Positions 13,249-25,805 of a stretch of DNA of 64,000 nt are shown piece after piece. Below the pieces are notes generated by a model. That model was given only the letters and a program-made list of their open reading frames with translations. It was not told where the DNA came from and ran no database searches. The stretch's first letter is position 1, and every line of letters starts with the position of its first letter. The DNA is from Dudresnaya verticillata. Lineage: Eukaryota. The position numbers and the translations under genes were made by a program. The stretch is from assembly GCA_977862235.1 (NCBI GenBank), contig OZ374557.1:2418001-2482000 (forward strand). The letters run 5' to 3'.

Positions 13249-14740
13249 TGTGGTGAAGTGAGCCGTAGCGCTCATGCGGCGCACCGACGGCGGGCCAACC
13301 GTAATGGATGATGTGGCAATACGCCACGATGATAATCTGGCAACTTGCAACCGTGTCAGTTTTGTGCGCATTAATGTGCACTAGTATGCATCGCTGTACT
13401 GTAGGTGGAGCGCACCAACCGTAGCGGAGTATTTGTGTATTTATTATTTATTTTTAGTGAGTATCTGTACAGTTTGTAGAGTAGTGCGCCAGCCAATGAG
13501 AATGCTGCGCATGTCCGTTCCAGAGATTGGACCAGCAGGGCCGATTTCACCATAGAACCGAACCACTTGGGTCTGGCCCCCACGGACCGGACCGCTCGGT
13601 GCCACCCTGACTTGTATACCAGGGCGGCACCGCAGCGGATCCTAGGTGTGGCATAGACGTCAGGTCGCACTGACGTCTAGCTGCGCTAGTCGATCAGTCG
13701 CACCCAGACCCGTTGAAGGGTGGTAGCGGTGGTGGTAGAGCGGCGGTGTCGGCCGCGCGCGCCGTCGACGGTCGCGGATCAACGGCGTCGAAGCCTGAGT
13801 GCGCACAGGTCGTACCGTACGCGGGCGGCAGCGGCCGGATCCCTGCTTCCCCGTCGTGGGGCGGTACGAAGCCGACGGTAGGGAAAGAAAAAGGAAAGCC
13901 TAGGCGGCTAGGGAAAGAGGGAAGCCGTAGGGCGAAGGACTGGAAAAGAACCCCAAAGCAGAAAGGGCAAGCCTGGCGTAGGCTGGCTTGCCTGGTTTAC
14001 TGAAGCCCAGAGGGGCGACTACTAGATATACTACAGGGCCTGCGGCGGCACCAACCCGGGAGGTGCGCCGGCGCGCCCCAACGCGCGTCGATGCGTACGG
14101 GTAACGGTAACCCGGGGGCGCGCGTGGGCGAAACGGTCCACACGTACTCAACTGCTCGACGCTGGAGTGCGTGCGCGCAGAGCGCAGGACAGCAGGGCGT
14201 TCGACCGCCGCTTACACTAGACGGTGCTGTACACTACAAAATAATAAACGTATAATTTATATGGGAGTTTCAGTTTCACACGCGTACGCGTGCACACGCG
14301 GGCGCCACAGCGCACTTCCTTACAGTTCAGCGGGGCTTCGGCGCCACCGGCTGACAGCGTGCGCACAGCAGTGCACACGTGGCGCAGCTGGTCTTACAGC
14401 TGCGCGTGCGTGGCACAGCTGGTCTTACAGCTATGCCACACTAGGGTAAATGGGCAAGCAACCCTTGAACCCCAATCCCACTGTAGCTCTTTCCTTTACG
14501 GTTTTCCCAGCGCCGAGCCCGTTGCGGTCTACCACCACCACCGTTAGGGAGTCCGTCCGGGCACTTGTACCACCCCCTTGTCTGTTGCTTCCCAATATCC
14601 GTTTCGGTTAGCCACTCGCTGTTCTCCCGTCTCGGTGTGAACTGCTCTACCACCCCGTGGAGGTAGTGTCGCTCTCGTCCCGTGTAGGAAAGTCAGGCCA
14701 GCTTTCTGTTACGGAGTTCGTGGGTTTTCACTACACCACA
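13249..14740 (+). repeat. E1 3' LTR (family A, about 693 bp without the insert)
   Basis: Starts TGTGGTG right after the PPT and ends CACCACA; reverse-complement copies at 41088-41450 (uninterrupted across the insert site) and 53783-54126. Confidence 0.9.
13647..14440 (-). mobile_element. Solo LTR (family D) inserted in the E1 LTR
   Basis: Inverted termini TGTGGCATAG...CTATGCCACA; TSD CTAGG at 13642-13646 and 14441-14445; related to 55263-56036. Confidence 0.92.
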
Positions 14741-14963
14741 ACCACAGGGCGGACTGTAATCGACCCGGGGTAAATCGGGTGAAGGAAAAGATAAAGGAAG
14801 AAACAGGCCCAACAGCCAAAGGAAACACGTTATGGAGACGGTAGGAAACGTGGAAGCACAAAGGCACTGACGCATAAGCCTTAGACTGCGGTAGGTGGTA
14901 CGCGCAAGCGGAGATGGGCATTCAAGTCCCGATCGGGCCTAGCCGAGTTTACTGTGCCGTCTC
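14741..14963 (-). repeat. Fragment of an older family-C-like LTR
   Basis: GGGCGGACTGTA motif, purine tract and GTTTACTGTG as in 57824-58739; flanked by E1 and E3 termini. Confidence 0.65.
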
Positions 14964-16785
14964 GGTCGTGCAAATCGTCGGTTGACGTAGACACATCCGA
15001 GTAGTTGCGCTCCGCGGGTAGCGCGTCGGGGACGGATAGTGGTAGAGCAATGATACACCAGGGGCGGACTGTAGACGCCCAAAAGGCAAGTAGAAAAGGG
15101 AAGAAACCCCAAACCGAAACACGTCCAGAACGGTAGCGGACGCGGAAGCGCGGGTAGACGGACACTTAGGCCTTCGGGTAGGGGTTGCGTGCGCGCGACG
15201 CGAAAGGGGAAGTCCAGATCCAAACTGGCTTGCCGGAAGCTTACTGCTACGTCCTAGACGAAGTATCTAAGTAATGCTATGGGGCCGCGGTGCGGTGGCT
15301 GCATGACGTAGTGCGCGGGAACCCGGGAGGCGTGTCTTGTAGAGATGCGTCTTGTGGTGCAAACCGTCTAGCGACGAGTAGCACCTCCGAGTAGTTCGGA
15401 CCCGGGAGTAGCGCGCTAGTAGCGAGAATGTGGAAGAGCGTAGGTAACACGACGAGGGCGGACTGTAAACGCCCTGGGCGGTAGAAGTGGAACAAAGTCA
15501 AAGAAAGGAGAGAGGGGGAGAGGGAGAAATGAGATAGAACGAGGGAGGCGCGTCGAGGACGTAGACGGACGCGGAAGTGCGGGCGGAGCTGCGCAGTTTC
15601 CTTCGTTGTTAACGGGAAGTACACACTAGCGAAGGGGCTTCAGGTCCGAGGCCGGCTTGTCGGGATTTACTCAACGTCTCAGACGGGTTACGTAATATAC
15701 TATCGCTACGACGCGGGCTGCGGCGGCGCGGCGTGGCGCGCGGGAACTCGGGACGCGCGTCGCGCCCCGGTGCGTCTGACAAGTCGTCGTCGCCATGCAG
15801 CCGCGCACCGGCGGGTAAGGAATAGCTTACAGGCGTGCGCGCCCGTTGGTAGAGGTGATCCGGATTCGGATCCCGAGCCCTCCCAGCATTCCTGGCGCGC
15901 GGGTATGCCTTACCGGCGCACGCCTTACATTGTAGCGGATCCCGATCTGATCCCGATGCCCGATCCAGATCCCATCCGGATATGGGCCATCATTACAAGT
16001 ACACTCCTTACACCTCCCGGATCCCGATGGGCGATCCGGATGCGTGCCGCGCGGGCGTACAGTGCGTGAGCCGCCATACCCGGCGGCGGTTGCGTCCGTG
16101 CGCCTTTGAGCCGACCGTCCGTGACGTGTTCGCGTGCGCCAGTTGCGGTTACGATTGCCCGTCGGTAGACGTCTAATGGCACGCTCCGAGCGGAAAAAGG
16201 GGCTCACCCCCCTTGCACCACACGACCCCCTCCAAAATGCGAACCCTTCCGACCCTCAATCTGCGGCCGTGCGCACTCCCGCTTCGTCCTTGCCTGCTGT
16301 TGCACCTTTGCATCTTGTATTGGTGCGCCCGCGTGTGCGTTGCGACCTCGGCTGTGCCGTAAGAACTCCGCGCTTGTTGCGCGCGTTGCCCGTGCTATTG
16401 CACCTGCGCTGCCCCGACATCATCGCCTGTGACGCATTACGATCCACGTCGTTAACGCCGTTCAGACTCCCTCGCCTGCTGGCGTTGCGAACCAATCGTC
16501 AGCGACGTTGCCCTCTTTGTGTATCGCCTGTGGCGTGGCTACTGAACGTCGTTGACGCGGATTTCTTTTCCTCGCCTGGGGCATTTCAACCGAACGTCAT
16601 TGACATACGTTTTGTCAGACTTTCGCCAGTGGCGCAGGGTTGTTTGTATCGCCTGTGGCCTTGAACAGTAATCGTCTTCGACGCGCGCGTCGTGAAGCTT
16701 TCGCCGGTTGGCGCAGGAAATTAGTCGTCTTTGACGTTTGTGTACTCATCTCCAGCGGCGTAAACATATTTTCGTCGTCGACGTT

Positions 16786-18352
16786 ATGCCGACATTCAAT
16801 GGCATGCGGGTGGCGGCGCCCTCGGCCGCGCCGGTTTACGCGTCACCTGTCGACTTTGTCGGGAAGAATCCTCGCGATCACGCGCATTTCTTCGCGCGGG
16901 CCCCGTGGTTCGACTGGAGGCTTTGCGCGAAGAAGCATTGGTCGCTCATTACGCTACTAGCGGATGTTTGCCAGGGGCCTTCCCCTTGGCGTCTTCTGGA
17001 CGCTAGAGTGGAAATTACGCTGTGGCGTTCCTCCGAAATGGCTTTGGGTGCGAGCGGAACGATCAAGTGCGGATGTCCACGCTCCGTTCGTCTCATACTT
17101 CTATCGGCGCTTCACGGGTTAACCCGGGTCGACATTAACGCCGACCATCTTCAACTTTGACGAGAGGCAATACCGGACAATCGGCGAGGCCGAATACCGT
17201 GCTCGTCTTGGGAGGTTATCGCTGAAGCAGGTGAGGCTGTCAATCGAGCCTCGCGTTTCGGAAGAGGCTTACCTCTTAGGTGTACGCTTAAAAGCGGATT
17301 TTCGTTATCTGCATCGGACAGGTACGTTCTTTTGGGAGCGTTGTATCCGTTGGGAGTGCAAAACGCGTCGCCGAAAGGGCGTATTCGTACCTTACTAGGA
17401 CACGCAGGTTGACCGCATTGCGCGTAGTAAGTTACCTCACTGTTTTGTGAAGATGCCGCCTATATGGCGTGAAGTCGATATATGCGAAGGTTTCGCAGCA
17501 GCGCTCCCCCGTGTGTCACGTATCTTGGTTCCGAGCTGATGACCGACACGTATTCTAGATATTGGATCGTGTTCTAAACCAAGTGGGTCGCCAACGTGGC
17601 GGATGCTTGGGAGGTGTATGACATCTTCCGTATGTATCATCTACCACTGCGTGTGGTCGCCCATCTTGGTGACCTCGACTTAGTCGAAATTTTTGGTGGT
17701 TCCAGGAACTCCGAGGAGTTCTGGGATCTTCGCGCTGTTGCGGATGAGATCGATTGGAACACCCCGGTTGCCGTGCCGTTAGCAAACATCCGCCGTAAGG
17801 CGAATCGTCCGCGTTACGCGATGAGTCGTACTAATTCCGCCTGTGGCGATTGGATTTGGTATAAACCTTGGACAAAGCGTCGTACGACGAAGAACATTGC
17901 GGAACGCCATTGCAAGACCGATCGCTTCACGCCGGGTAATCACCCGCACGGTTTGCGTAGGACCTGCGACTTTGTCGGTGCCTTTCCTCCTCACTTGAGC
18001 GCCTTAATGGCCGCGTAGGATGCTCTTCACGCCAACGGCGGACCGGGGAACTCGTCTGGGACGATTATCGCTACGCCTATGGCGGCTGGGTCTGCTGCCG
18101 AAGCTGATGTTCCGTCCACGAAGTTGTCCACGGGGCCTCATGCGGCGGGTGCTATGCCAACCGGGGTAACCGCTGTTGCGCCCTTGGACCTTGCGGCGCC
18201 CGTTGCGGACGACGAGGGTGACATCATAATGGCTATGACAGTGTCAGAGCCACTCCGCCCGCGATTACAGAAGGCGGAGCACCGAGAGTCGTAGATGGTT
18301 CAGGGAAGGCTCCCGGTGTGCCGGTCTGGACCGAAGAGCAGCGGCGTACAGC
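16786..18352 (+). pseudogene. E2 antisense accessory ORF (type B), disrupted and truncated
   Basis: MPTFNGMRVAAPSAAPVYASPVDFVG ... RRKANRPRYAMSRTNSACGDWIWYKPWTKR ... VPVWTEEQRRT, homologous to 59165-61471; stops and frameshifts. Confidence 0.85.
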
Positions 18353-19356
18353 TTGCGGCGGCGTCTCTTCCAATCCTTGCATCTGTGACGGTCTTCGCAC
18401 GGGCTCTCGTCACCCGACGGTGGACTGTTGCGCCATTTGGCGGTTTCAAGACGCTCTACGCGGGTCACCAGTCGCTGAAAGCGTTCGCGTGAGCTACGTT
18501 CGGAGTGCGAATGGACCGATACTGCCGGCAGTGGCTGGGTACCTATACCCTGGGCTGCGTTTTGGCTCGTCAATAGACGGTCGAGATCGGAGCGAAGCCC
18601 TTGTAGGGCACCGTCCCGATCTTCTTTCAACGTCTATAGACGACTTGCTATTCCTCCGACACTGTCGTCCAGCAGACCGGCGAACCTAGTAAGCAAAGCA
18701 TCGTCTTCCAAGACGCATCCCTCTCGGATCTGTTCGCGTGGTATCGTTACGTTACTCACGCGGACGGCCGAGGGTGATGCCGTTGGCGTTTGGCTTTCGG
18801 GGATTGGCCGGTTGGGCGTTCTTCCAGCTCTTTGGCTTGGCGACTTCGGCTTAGACGGTGAACAACCGGCACTGCCGTGGGGGGTGGGGCAGCATGCCCC
18901 AGGTGTCAATGGGCCGTCATCGATGTTGCGCTCCGCGGAGTGCTCCTGATCGTCTTTGATGGGGATGGATGGTTGGTCCGGACGTTCTGGTTGTTCCGCG
19001 ACGATGTCGGCTTGTCTTTCGTCTACGACGCTCTCTTGCTCGGCTTGTACTGTATCAGCCGAGTTAACGTGGGAGCTGTAGGTGTGGAGGGCCGATACCC
19101 TTGGGACTGAGGTGCGGAAGAAAACAGGGATGCGCATCGGCGGGGGAGGTAACTCCCCTCCGTTGTGTGACGCGTGGGAGCCTGCGTGGCCGTGGGCTGG
19201 GGGTGTAGTCGGGAAGGCCGACGCGATCTCCGGGTTCACGAGGCCCCGATCGTGTTGTAATCGGTGGGTGCGACAGCTACGATGCGGGAATGCTTCCAGG
19301 CGTCGATGACGGTCCTCTTGAGCTTGGGCCTCGGACTGTTGGTGGTCTAGAGGCCA
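18351..19356 (-). pseudogene. gag: E2 gag N-terminal remnant
   Basis: ORFs 18634-19239 and 18265-18630 homologous to E4 gag start (EDRDGALQGLRSDLDRL, SSRERFQRL..RLETAKW). Confidence 0.75.
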
Positions 19357-19464
19357 TTATACAATCATAGATCTGCTGAAACGTAGCGGACGATTAGCGG
19401 CAACGTCAGACGACGGGTTGTCGGACGTCACGCGACGGTACAACTCGTTGTAGCGTAGAGCCAT

Positions 19465-19481
19465 TCTAGGTCGGGAGACCA
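19465..19481 (-). promoter_or_regulatory. Primer binding site TGGTCTCCCGACCTAGA (likely tRNA-Tyr)
   Basis: 2 nt inside the 5' LTR, begins TGG; identical 17-mer at 39025-39041 and 53075-53091. Confidence 0.85.
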
Positions 19482-20919
19482 GATGTGGTGCAAACCGTCT
19501 AGCGACGAGTAGCACCTCCGAGTAGTTCGGACCCGGGGGTAGCACGCTAGTAACGAGGGTGTGGTAGAGCGAAGATAACACGCCGAGGGCGGAGTTTAAA
19601 CGCCCTGGGCGGTAGAAGTGGAACAAAGTCACAGAAAGGAGAGAGGGAGAGAGGGAGAAAGGAGAGAGGGAGAAAGGAGAGAGAAAGAGAGAGAGACGCG
19701 TCAAGGACGTAGCCGGACGCGGAAGCCTGGGCGGATCTGCGCAGTTGCCTTCGTAGGTAACGGGAAGTACTAGCGAAGGGCCTTCAGGTCCGAGGCTGGC
19801 TTGCCGGGATTTACTCAACGTTCCAGACGGGTTACGTAATATACTATCGCTACGACGTCGGCTGCGGCGGCGCGGCGTGGCGAGCGGGAACTCGGGACGC
19901 GTGTCGCGCCCCGGTGCGTCTGACAAGTCGCCGTCGCCATGCAGCCGCGCACCGGCGGGTAAGGAATAGCTTACAGGCGTGCGCGCGCGTAGGTAGAGGT
20001 GATCCGGATTCGGATCCCGATCCCTGCCAGTATTCCTGGCGCGCGGGTATGCCTTACCGGCGCACGACTTACATTGTAGCGCATCCCGATCTGATCCCGA
20101 TGCCCGATCTAGATCCCATCCGGATATGTGGCATCATTACAAGTACACTCCTTACACCTCCCGGATCCCGATGGGCGATCCGGATGCGTGCCGCGCGGGC
20201 GTACAGTGCGTGAGCCGCCATGCCCGGCGGCGGTTGTGGCGTCCGTGCGCTCTTGAGCCGACCGTCCGTGACGTGTTCGCGCGCGCCAGCTGCGGTTACG
20301 ATTGCCCGTCGGTAGACGTCTAATAGTACGCTCCGAGGGGAAAAAGGGGCCTTCTACCACACGTCTGACACATCCTGGGGCGGTGCAGCCGCTGTACGCC
20401 GCCACAAGTGCGCGTCTTACAGAAACGCGCTTGCGCGGCGCTGTAGGCGATCCGGATTCCGATCCCAATTGGCGGCAATATTACAGGCGCGCCTTCATTA
20501 CAGCGGATCCCGATGTCCGATCCGGATGTCGGATCCGGTTTCAATCGGGATTCGGGCCAGACTGACAGTCGAGCACCTTACACCGGGTTGATCCCGATGC
20601 GTCATCCAGACCCGCTCCACAGCGTTGTGCCTTACAGCGAGTCGGGCGCGCGTGGTGCGGGTTATGGCGGTCACGCGTCGGTAGGCCAATCGTCGATGAC
20701 GTGTTCGCGCCAACGGCGAATGAGCCGTTCCAGGCGACCGTCCGTCGGTCGACTCGGTCTTGATACATTCATGGCGAGGAAATAAAAGCGCTGACTCCGT
20801 GCTACACACGACCCCCTGCATAGTTTCAGGTGTATCCAACAGCGGATCTCACACCAACAGTTCGCTCCACCTCTGGCAAATCCACCAACGTTAAAGTTCA
20901 ACCCGGTGAGCCGCTAGCG

Positions 20920-23609
20920 ATGACGGGCGGTAACACTGACCGCGCACGGGGCCCCTTCCAGCCGACACGGCGTACACCTTCGGTGGGAGCGGCTCCAGCG
21001 CCGGAGGCAGAAGAGAGAGAGAACGACGGGCCCGCGGACACCATACCGCAGTTTGTGGCGGCAACGAGCACCACACTAGAGCTACCGACACGTGTGGTAA
21101 GCCCGCGGGTACCGCGACAGCGTGATGGTGGCGAGGCTCCGCTGAAGCCATCTCCGATTCCGGATCGGCAGATGGGGCCGGAGGCACAACGGCCTGGCCC
21201 CTCGAAAGGCAACAACGTGATGGAGTCTCTGGGCTATCACCGGGAAACTCCGCATCGGCGATACGAGGAGTACGCGCCAGGTCCTCAGTATGGGCCAGTT
21301 GGAGGTGAAATAACCTCACCCCCACTCCGCATGAGTGCAGACGGCTTACTGTTGGGTTCGCTACCATACGCGCCGGGGATGCCAGGGAGTTACCATGGGC
21401 ACGCGGACTCGATGGGTTGCACCGATGAGGGAACATGGCCGGGTCGGGAATATGATCACCGCACCGGCCGGTGGCAGCGTACCGAAGAGGAGCGCGATAT
21501 AGTCCGTCTCCCCATGCCCGTATCGGTGTTCGTGGCGAACTATGGACACATCCTTGAGGAGCGTCGCTATAGCGCCGTCACAGAATCCAGTGCGTTAATC
21601 AACAACAAGTGGTACCCGAATCGGCGTGAGGAGATGTGGAGAGCCAGGTGGATTCACTCGTTTGTAGAGTGCGGACTCCAACCGGTTCCGACATCGTGTG
21701 GTTGAGGTGTCAGGAAGAGGAACGTTATCCCGATAAGGTGTGTCGACAGTTGGCAATGGCCCATCGACTACAAGACCATCCGGTGGGTGTCGACGTTCTG
21801 TGCTACGAAAAGCCGTACGACCAAGGCGTCCACTGGTTTGGGAACCCGCAACGGTGCGCGGACGACACAGCAAAAGAAAACGGACTCCGGTTGCGGGGGA
21901 GAGATGTATGCCGCCTTGGCAGGGCGATACTCCATACCTGGGACACAAACGAGTTTTTTCAGGTGCCGCCGGGTGCGCATCATCGACTGTACTGCACCGC
22001 TCCGGATTGGTGCGCGGAGTACGAAGTCACCCGTTGGATGGCAGTACCAACTCCGACGGTGGTGGTGTATTTCTCCAACCGGTTCATCCAGCACCGTGAC
22101 TGGCAAGCTGCACACCCAGGTGGAGAGAAGTCGATCGATCATCCACTGATGACCGTGTTGGGCGGATACTCCGAGCGGAATGGGCAATGTTCGTCCTATT
22201 CTCGTGGTTACAGGTCACCTACCGGGGCATGAGAGCCAATACAAAAATGACCGACTGGAGGGCTGACCCGCGGAACAGAAAGGACCCGGAGGGTGGCGAG
22301 TGCCGGCACATCTTCAAAACACCCGGCACGGTGGTTGCACTCATACACCAAGTTGGAGTAGCCAGGCTGGTCGAGGGGACCGAATACCCCTTGGCGCGTG
22401 TTGAGCGTCTCTCCACGGTCCACGCAAGCACCAACTGGGAGAGAACCCCAGGGTTCATGGGCTACCATTGGGATGAAGACCGGGTGCTGTCTGTGCCACC
22501 GCTCAACGCATGATGTGGAATGGCCTATTTCATTTCAAACGAAGACCCCGAGCCGGTGTGGTTGATCGACGAGCAAATATCGAGCTGGCATGCGATGCGC
22601 TCTCGCTCGAGGTTCTACCCCATGACGGAGGGGCCATAAAAGGTTCCGCCATCACGCGCGTGAGGCACTCCATCCGGTGTGCATCCGCGACCGGGGCGAC
22701 TGGATAGTCCGTCCCTTGACGATATTACACCATCAGGAGTTAAAGAAATCGAGAGGGGCGCGAGGACCCTAGGGTCCTCGTGCCAGAGAGTCTCCGGGTG
22801 TCGAAGCCGGAAAAGCGTGGGGCGACCGCACGACCTCGTCTCCCAAGAATACCGTAACGGAGTCTCCTCCTGAAGGAGCCGAGGCGGAGACCTAGCGGGA
22901 TACGTCAGCAGTGGCCGTAATGACCACTCCGATCGGGCCCCTGAAGCCTGTGGTGGCGCCAGAGATCCGCAAGAACACCAGTATGGAGAAGGCAACGCCT
23001 GCTGTGGCGGTAGCTACGACGGCTCCGGCTGCAGCAGTCGCTAAGTTAGGTCCTATTGGGGCGTTTGAAGACTCCGAAGTGGAAGAGGACACTGTTCCGA
23101 TGGTGACCGACCAAGTGGGGTCCGTGGCGACCACTCGGCCTGGGCTTGCCGTGGAAGCTGCTGTACCGAAGCGGAGTGAGGCTGCAAAACTGTTGTCGCC
23201 CGCGTCGAGTGACTCCATGATGTTCGTATCCGCTGTTGGTCCGGATTGGTGACCACCATGTCGTGTGGACCCCATGATGTTGAAGCAAGAGAAGGACACC
23301 CAACCGGAGTTGCGTGTCGATGGGGCTGCACTGCAGCGACTCCGCGAAGGGTTTAAGGATGCAGTTCTGCCACTACCAACGTCGGCGACCGAAGCCATCA
23401 ACGCCGCAGTAGTGTGGGTAGGGCGTCTTCTGCGCTTGCGACGGACAATTCGCGCCTTGCATCGTCGCATGACAGACACCGGTAGGAGGCTAACGATGAT
23501 CACCGCAAGAGTATATGGTGAGGATATTCCCGAGGATGGCGCGGCAAAAGAGGAGGATACGGAGGCTGAATTGGCGCCACCGGCGAAGAGCCCGCGGCAT
23601 GCAACGTAA
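20920..23609 (+). pseudogene. E3 antisense accessory ORF (type A), frameshifted
   Basis: ORFs 20830-21705, 21636-22232, 22187-22513, 22911-23252, 23265-23609; shares ILHTW.T..FF, AP.W...YEVTRW, VLFSWLQV.Y and W.RTPGF.GY.WDEDRVL.VPP with the E1 copy. Confidence 0.8.
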
Positions 23610-24147
23610 TTTCACAGTCGTGCCACTTGCCGATAAAATCTCTTGATTTGTTTAAATCCCTTTCCACTGGCGGAGGGAACGTGGAAGAACACCACTGTGG
23701 GGTGAGCCCCGGAGAGGCAGGGATATTACCCCACCATACAAGGCTTTACACCGAGTGGTCATTATCTGATACCAGAGGTGGTTGCACACTTGTCAACGAC
23801 TCACCAATATGGCGTAGAGCCCCCTGGGGAAGAGCTATGTGACCGTGAGTCCAGGGGTCATGCCGAATTTTGCGGCATGCAATACCATCGAGGCGGACAT
23901 GGCGGGCAAAGCGCGCGGTGATATGCCGGTGTCGCGTAGCAGTTGTCCCGATACGCGTCCCACTGCAATACCGGTGTTTGGGACACGATAGTACCCCACA
24001 TTACCGAAACGGTGCATACGACCTTGGCGCCCCGCTGGAAATGGTCTCCAGGGCCATTCCACTGGGGACACCACTCAGGGCACGTTCCGTACGCCGTATT
24101 AGGGACATACAACACCGTGAAGGAGCGGACCTCTATCCCAATTCCAG

Positions 24148-25800
24148 TTAGGTGTGTGTGACTCGCGTCAGTTTCCGCCGAAGCCGCGCAGATGCTGCGG
24201 CATGGCATTTGCGCCTCCAATAGCGGTGAATATAATTCTGTGGCAACTCCTCGGCGGGTTCATACGTATCCTGGTCTGGTGGGTAACCGTACCAATGCAC
24301 CTTGTAGGTCATGCCCGTGGGTTCTTCGCGGTGTCCCACGATCTGCTCGATAACATACTCCGTGTCGGCGTCAATTGTCTCCGAAACGGGGGCAGGAATA
24401 CCGCCTGGCATTTGGGGCGTTACAGTAATACCACCTGGTGTTTGGGGTACTAATGTGGTGTCTCCCGCCTGCTGTGGTACTGTACCGTCCACGTCGGTGT
24501 GTGGCGTAACCGGCAGAGCCAATAGCGGCGCCGGTTGCACTGGACCGCTAGTTGGTACCTTGGTGATGCGATCGATTCTGATGGGAATCCAGACGCCGTC
24601 CTTCTTGAAAGTGACTACAGTGTCCGTTGCGGTGTGAACCTCGTAGGGGCCCGTCGATCTTGGGAGGAGCTTCTTCATTTGCTGCGCAAATTCACCGACG
24701 TGGTCAGGGCCTTGACCAAATCGGTCGCGTTCCTTCCCTTCGGTGGGTCGTATATTACGCGGCGGGCGATCTACGTAGACTTGATCGCAACCGCGAACCA
24801 CCGGTCGGAAACGCACGTTACGGTCGAAGAAGGCCTTAGACTTCAACTGGGCTGTAGTCTGCTTGGTCTGCGCCTTCTGTAGGGCATAGCACAAATGCCG
24901 CATGGTTCCCCGCTTTTGGAGCACAGGCGTCATACGCCCCTCCGTAACGGTTTCTTCGAAGTCCACAGGGGTGCCACGAACAATAACATCCGATGGGTGT
25001 CGAGTTGGCACCAAGTCAAAGTCTCGAGGCATCCGGTTGCTGGGATTGTTTGCAATTGGTTAGTTGCACACCATGTTGCACTACACCATTAGGAGTCGAT
25101 TCCATAACGAAGCAAGGCACTTCCTCATGCAACTCAGCTTTGTCAGCACCACCTGTTCGGAGTCTTGACTTACCGTCTGCGAGTTAGTGCTTGATACCAG
25201 GGCGATATTGTACTTCGAACACAAATTCCGATAGGCGTAGGCGCCATCTCGCTAAGCGTCCAGACGTATCGACTAAACTCAATATCCAGCGTAATGCGTC
25301 GTGATCCGTACGGAGTATAAACGTTTCACCGAAAAGGTAAGGACGTAGCGTTAGCATACTCCAAACGACAGCAAGGCACTCCTTTTCAGTGGTTGTATAA
25401 TTCTTCTCCGCATCGGTTAGACTTCGGCTCCAGTAACCCACTGGTAGATTATCTCCAATAGGTTGCTCCTGGAGAAGGACACACCCAACTTGGTAATCAC
25501 AAGCGTCGGTATCCAACGTATAATTGAAACCATGACGGGGTTAAGCTAATATTGGAGGGGAGATAGGTGTCTCTTTAACTCCTCAAAGGCGTTAAACTAC
25601 GTTTCGGTGAGAGTTACAAACTCGAATACCAGACCCTTGCCGGTTTTCGTATTGAGTGGCGAGGCAATACGTTCAAAATTGGGAACGAAGCGTCGATAGA
25701 CGTTACATGATCCTAGGAAAGAGCGTAACTCCGTTTGGTTTGTAGGTGGGTTAGCTTCCTTGACGGCAAGAATATTCTTTCGCTCCACTTCCAGTTGGCC
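24148..25800 (-). pseudogene. pol: E3 pol remnant: RNase H, integrase C-terminus and chromodomain (integrase core deleted)
   Basis: DTDACDYQVG..NYTTTEKECLAVVW; YVIEQIVGHRE..YKVHWYGYPPDQDTYEP; close to E1 pol. Confidence 0.9.
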
Positions 25801-25805
25801 CGGGC

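Larger units (their letters stand above)
6440..14740 (+). mobile_element. Ty3/Gypsy chromovirus-type element E1, 5'-truncated and degenerate
   Basis: pol remnants, antisense ORF, PPT aaggagggggg (about 13236-13246) and 3' LTR TGTGGTG...CACCACA; left boundary approximate. Confidence 0.9.
15353..20361 (-). mobile_element. E2: two-LTR, internally deleted (pol-less) Gypsy element
   Basis: LTRs 15353-16222 and 19484-20361 (TGTGGTG...CCACA); TSD CGTCT at 15348-15352 and 20362-20366; PBS 19465-19481; PPT complement 16223-16233. Confidence 0.93.
14964..25805 (-). mobile_element. Gypsy element E3 (3' part), LTR split by E2
   Basis: 3' LTR = 14964-15352 + 20367-about 20808; PPT complement cgaccccct at 20809; antisense ORF; pol remnants 24148-25800. 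Confidence 0.8.

Noticed and set aside
13016..13381. First about 120 aa of the 658-aa ORF
   Set aside because: Starts at a non-ATG codon inside the LTR; the downstream ATG at 13015 is more plausible.
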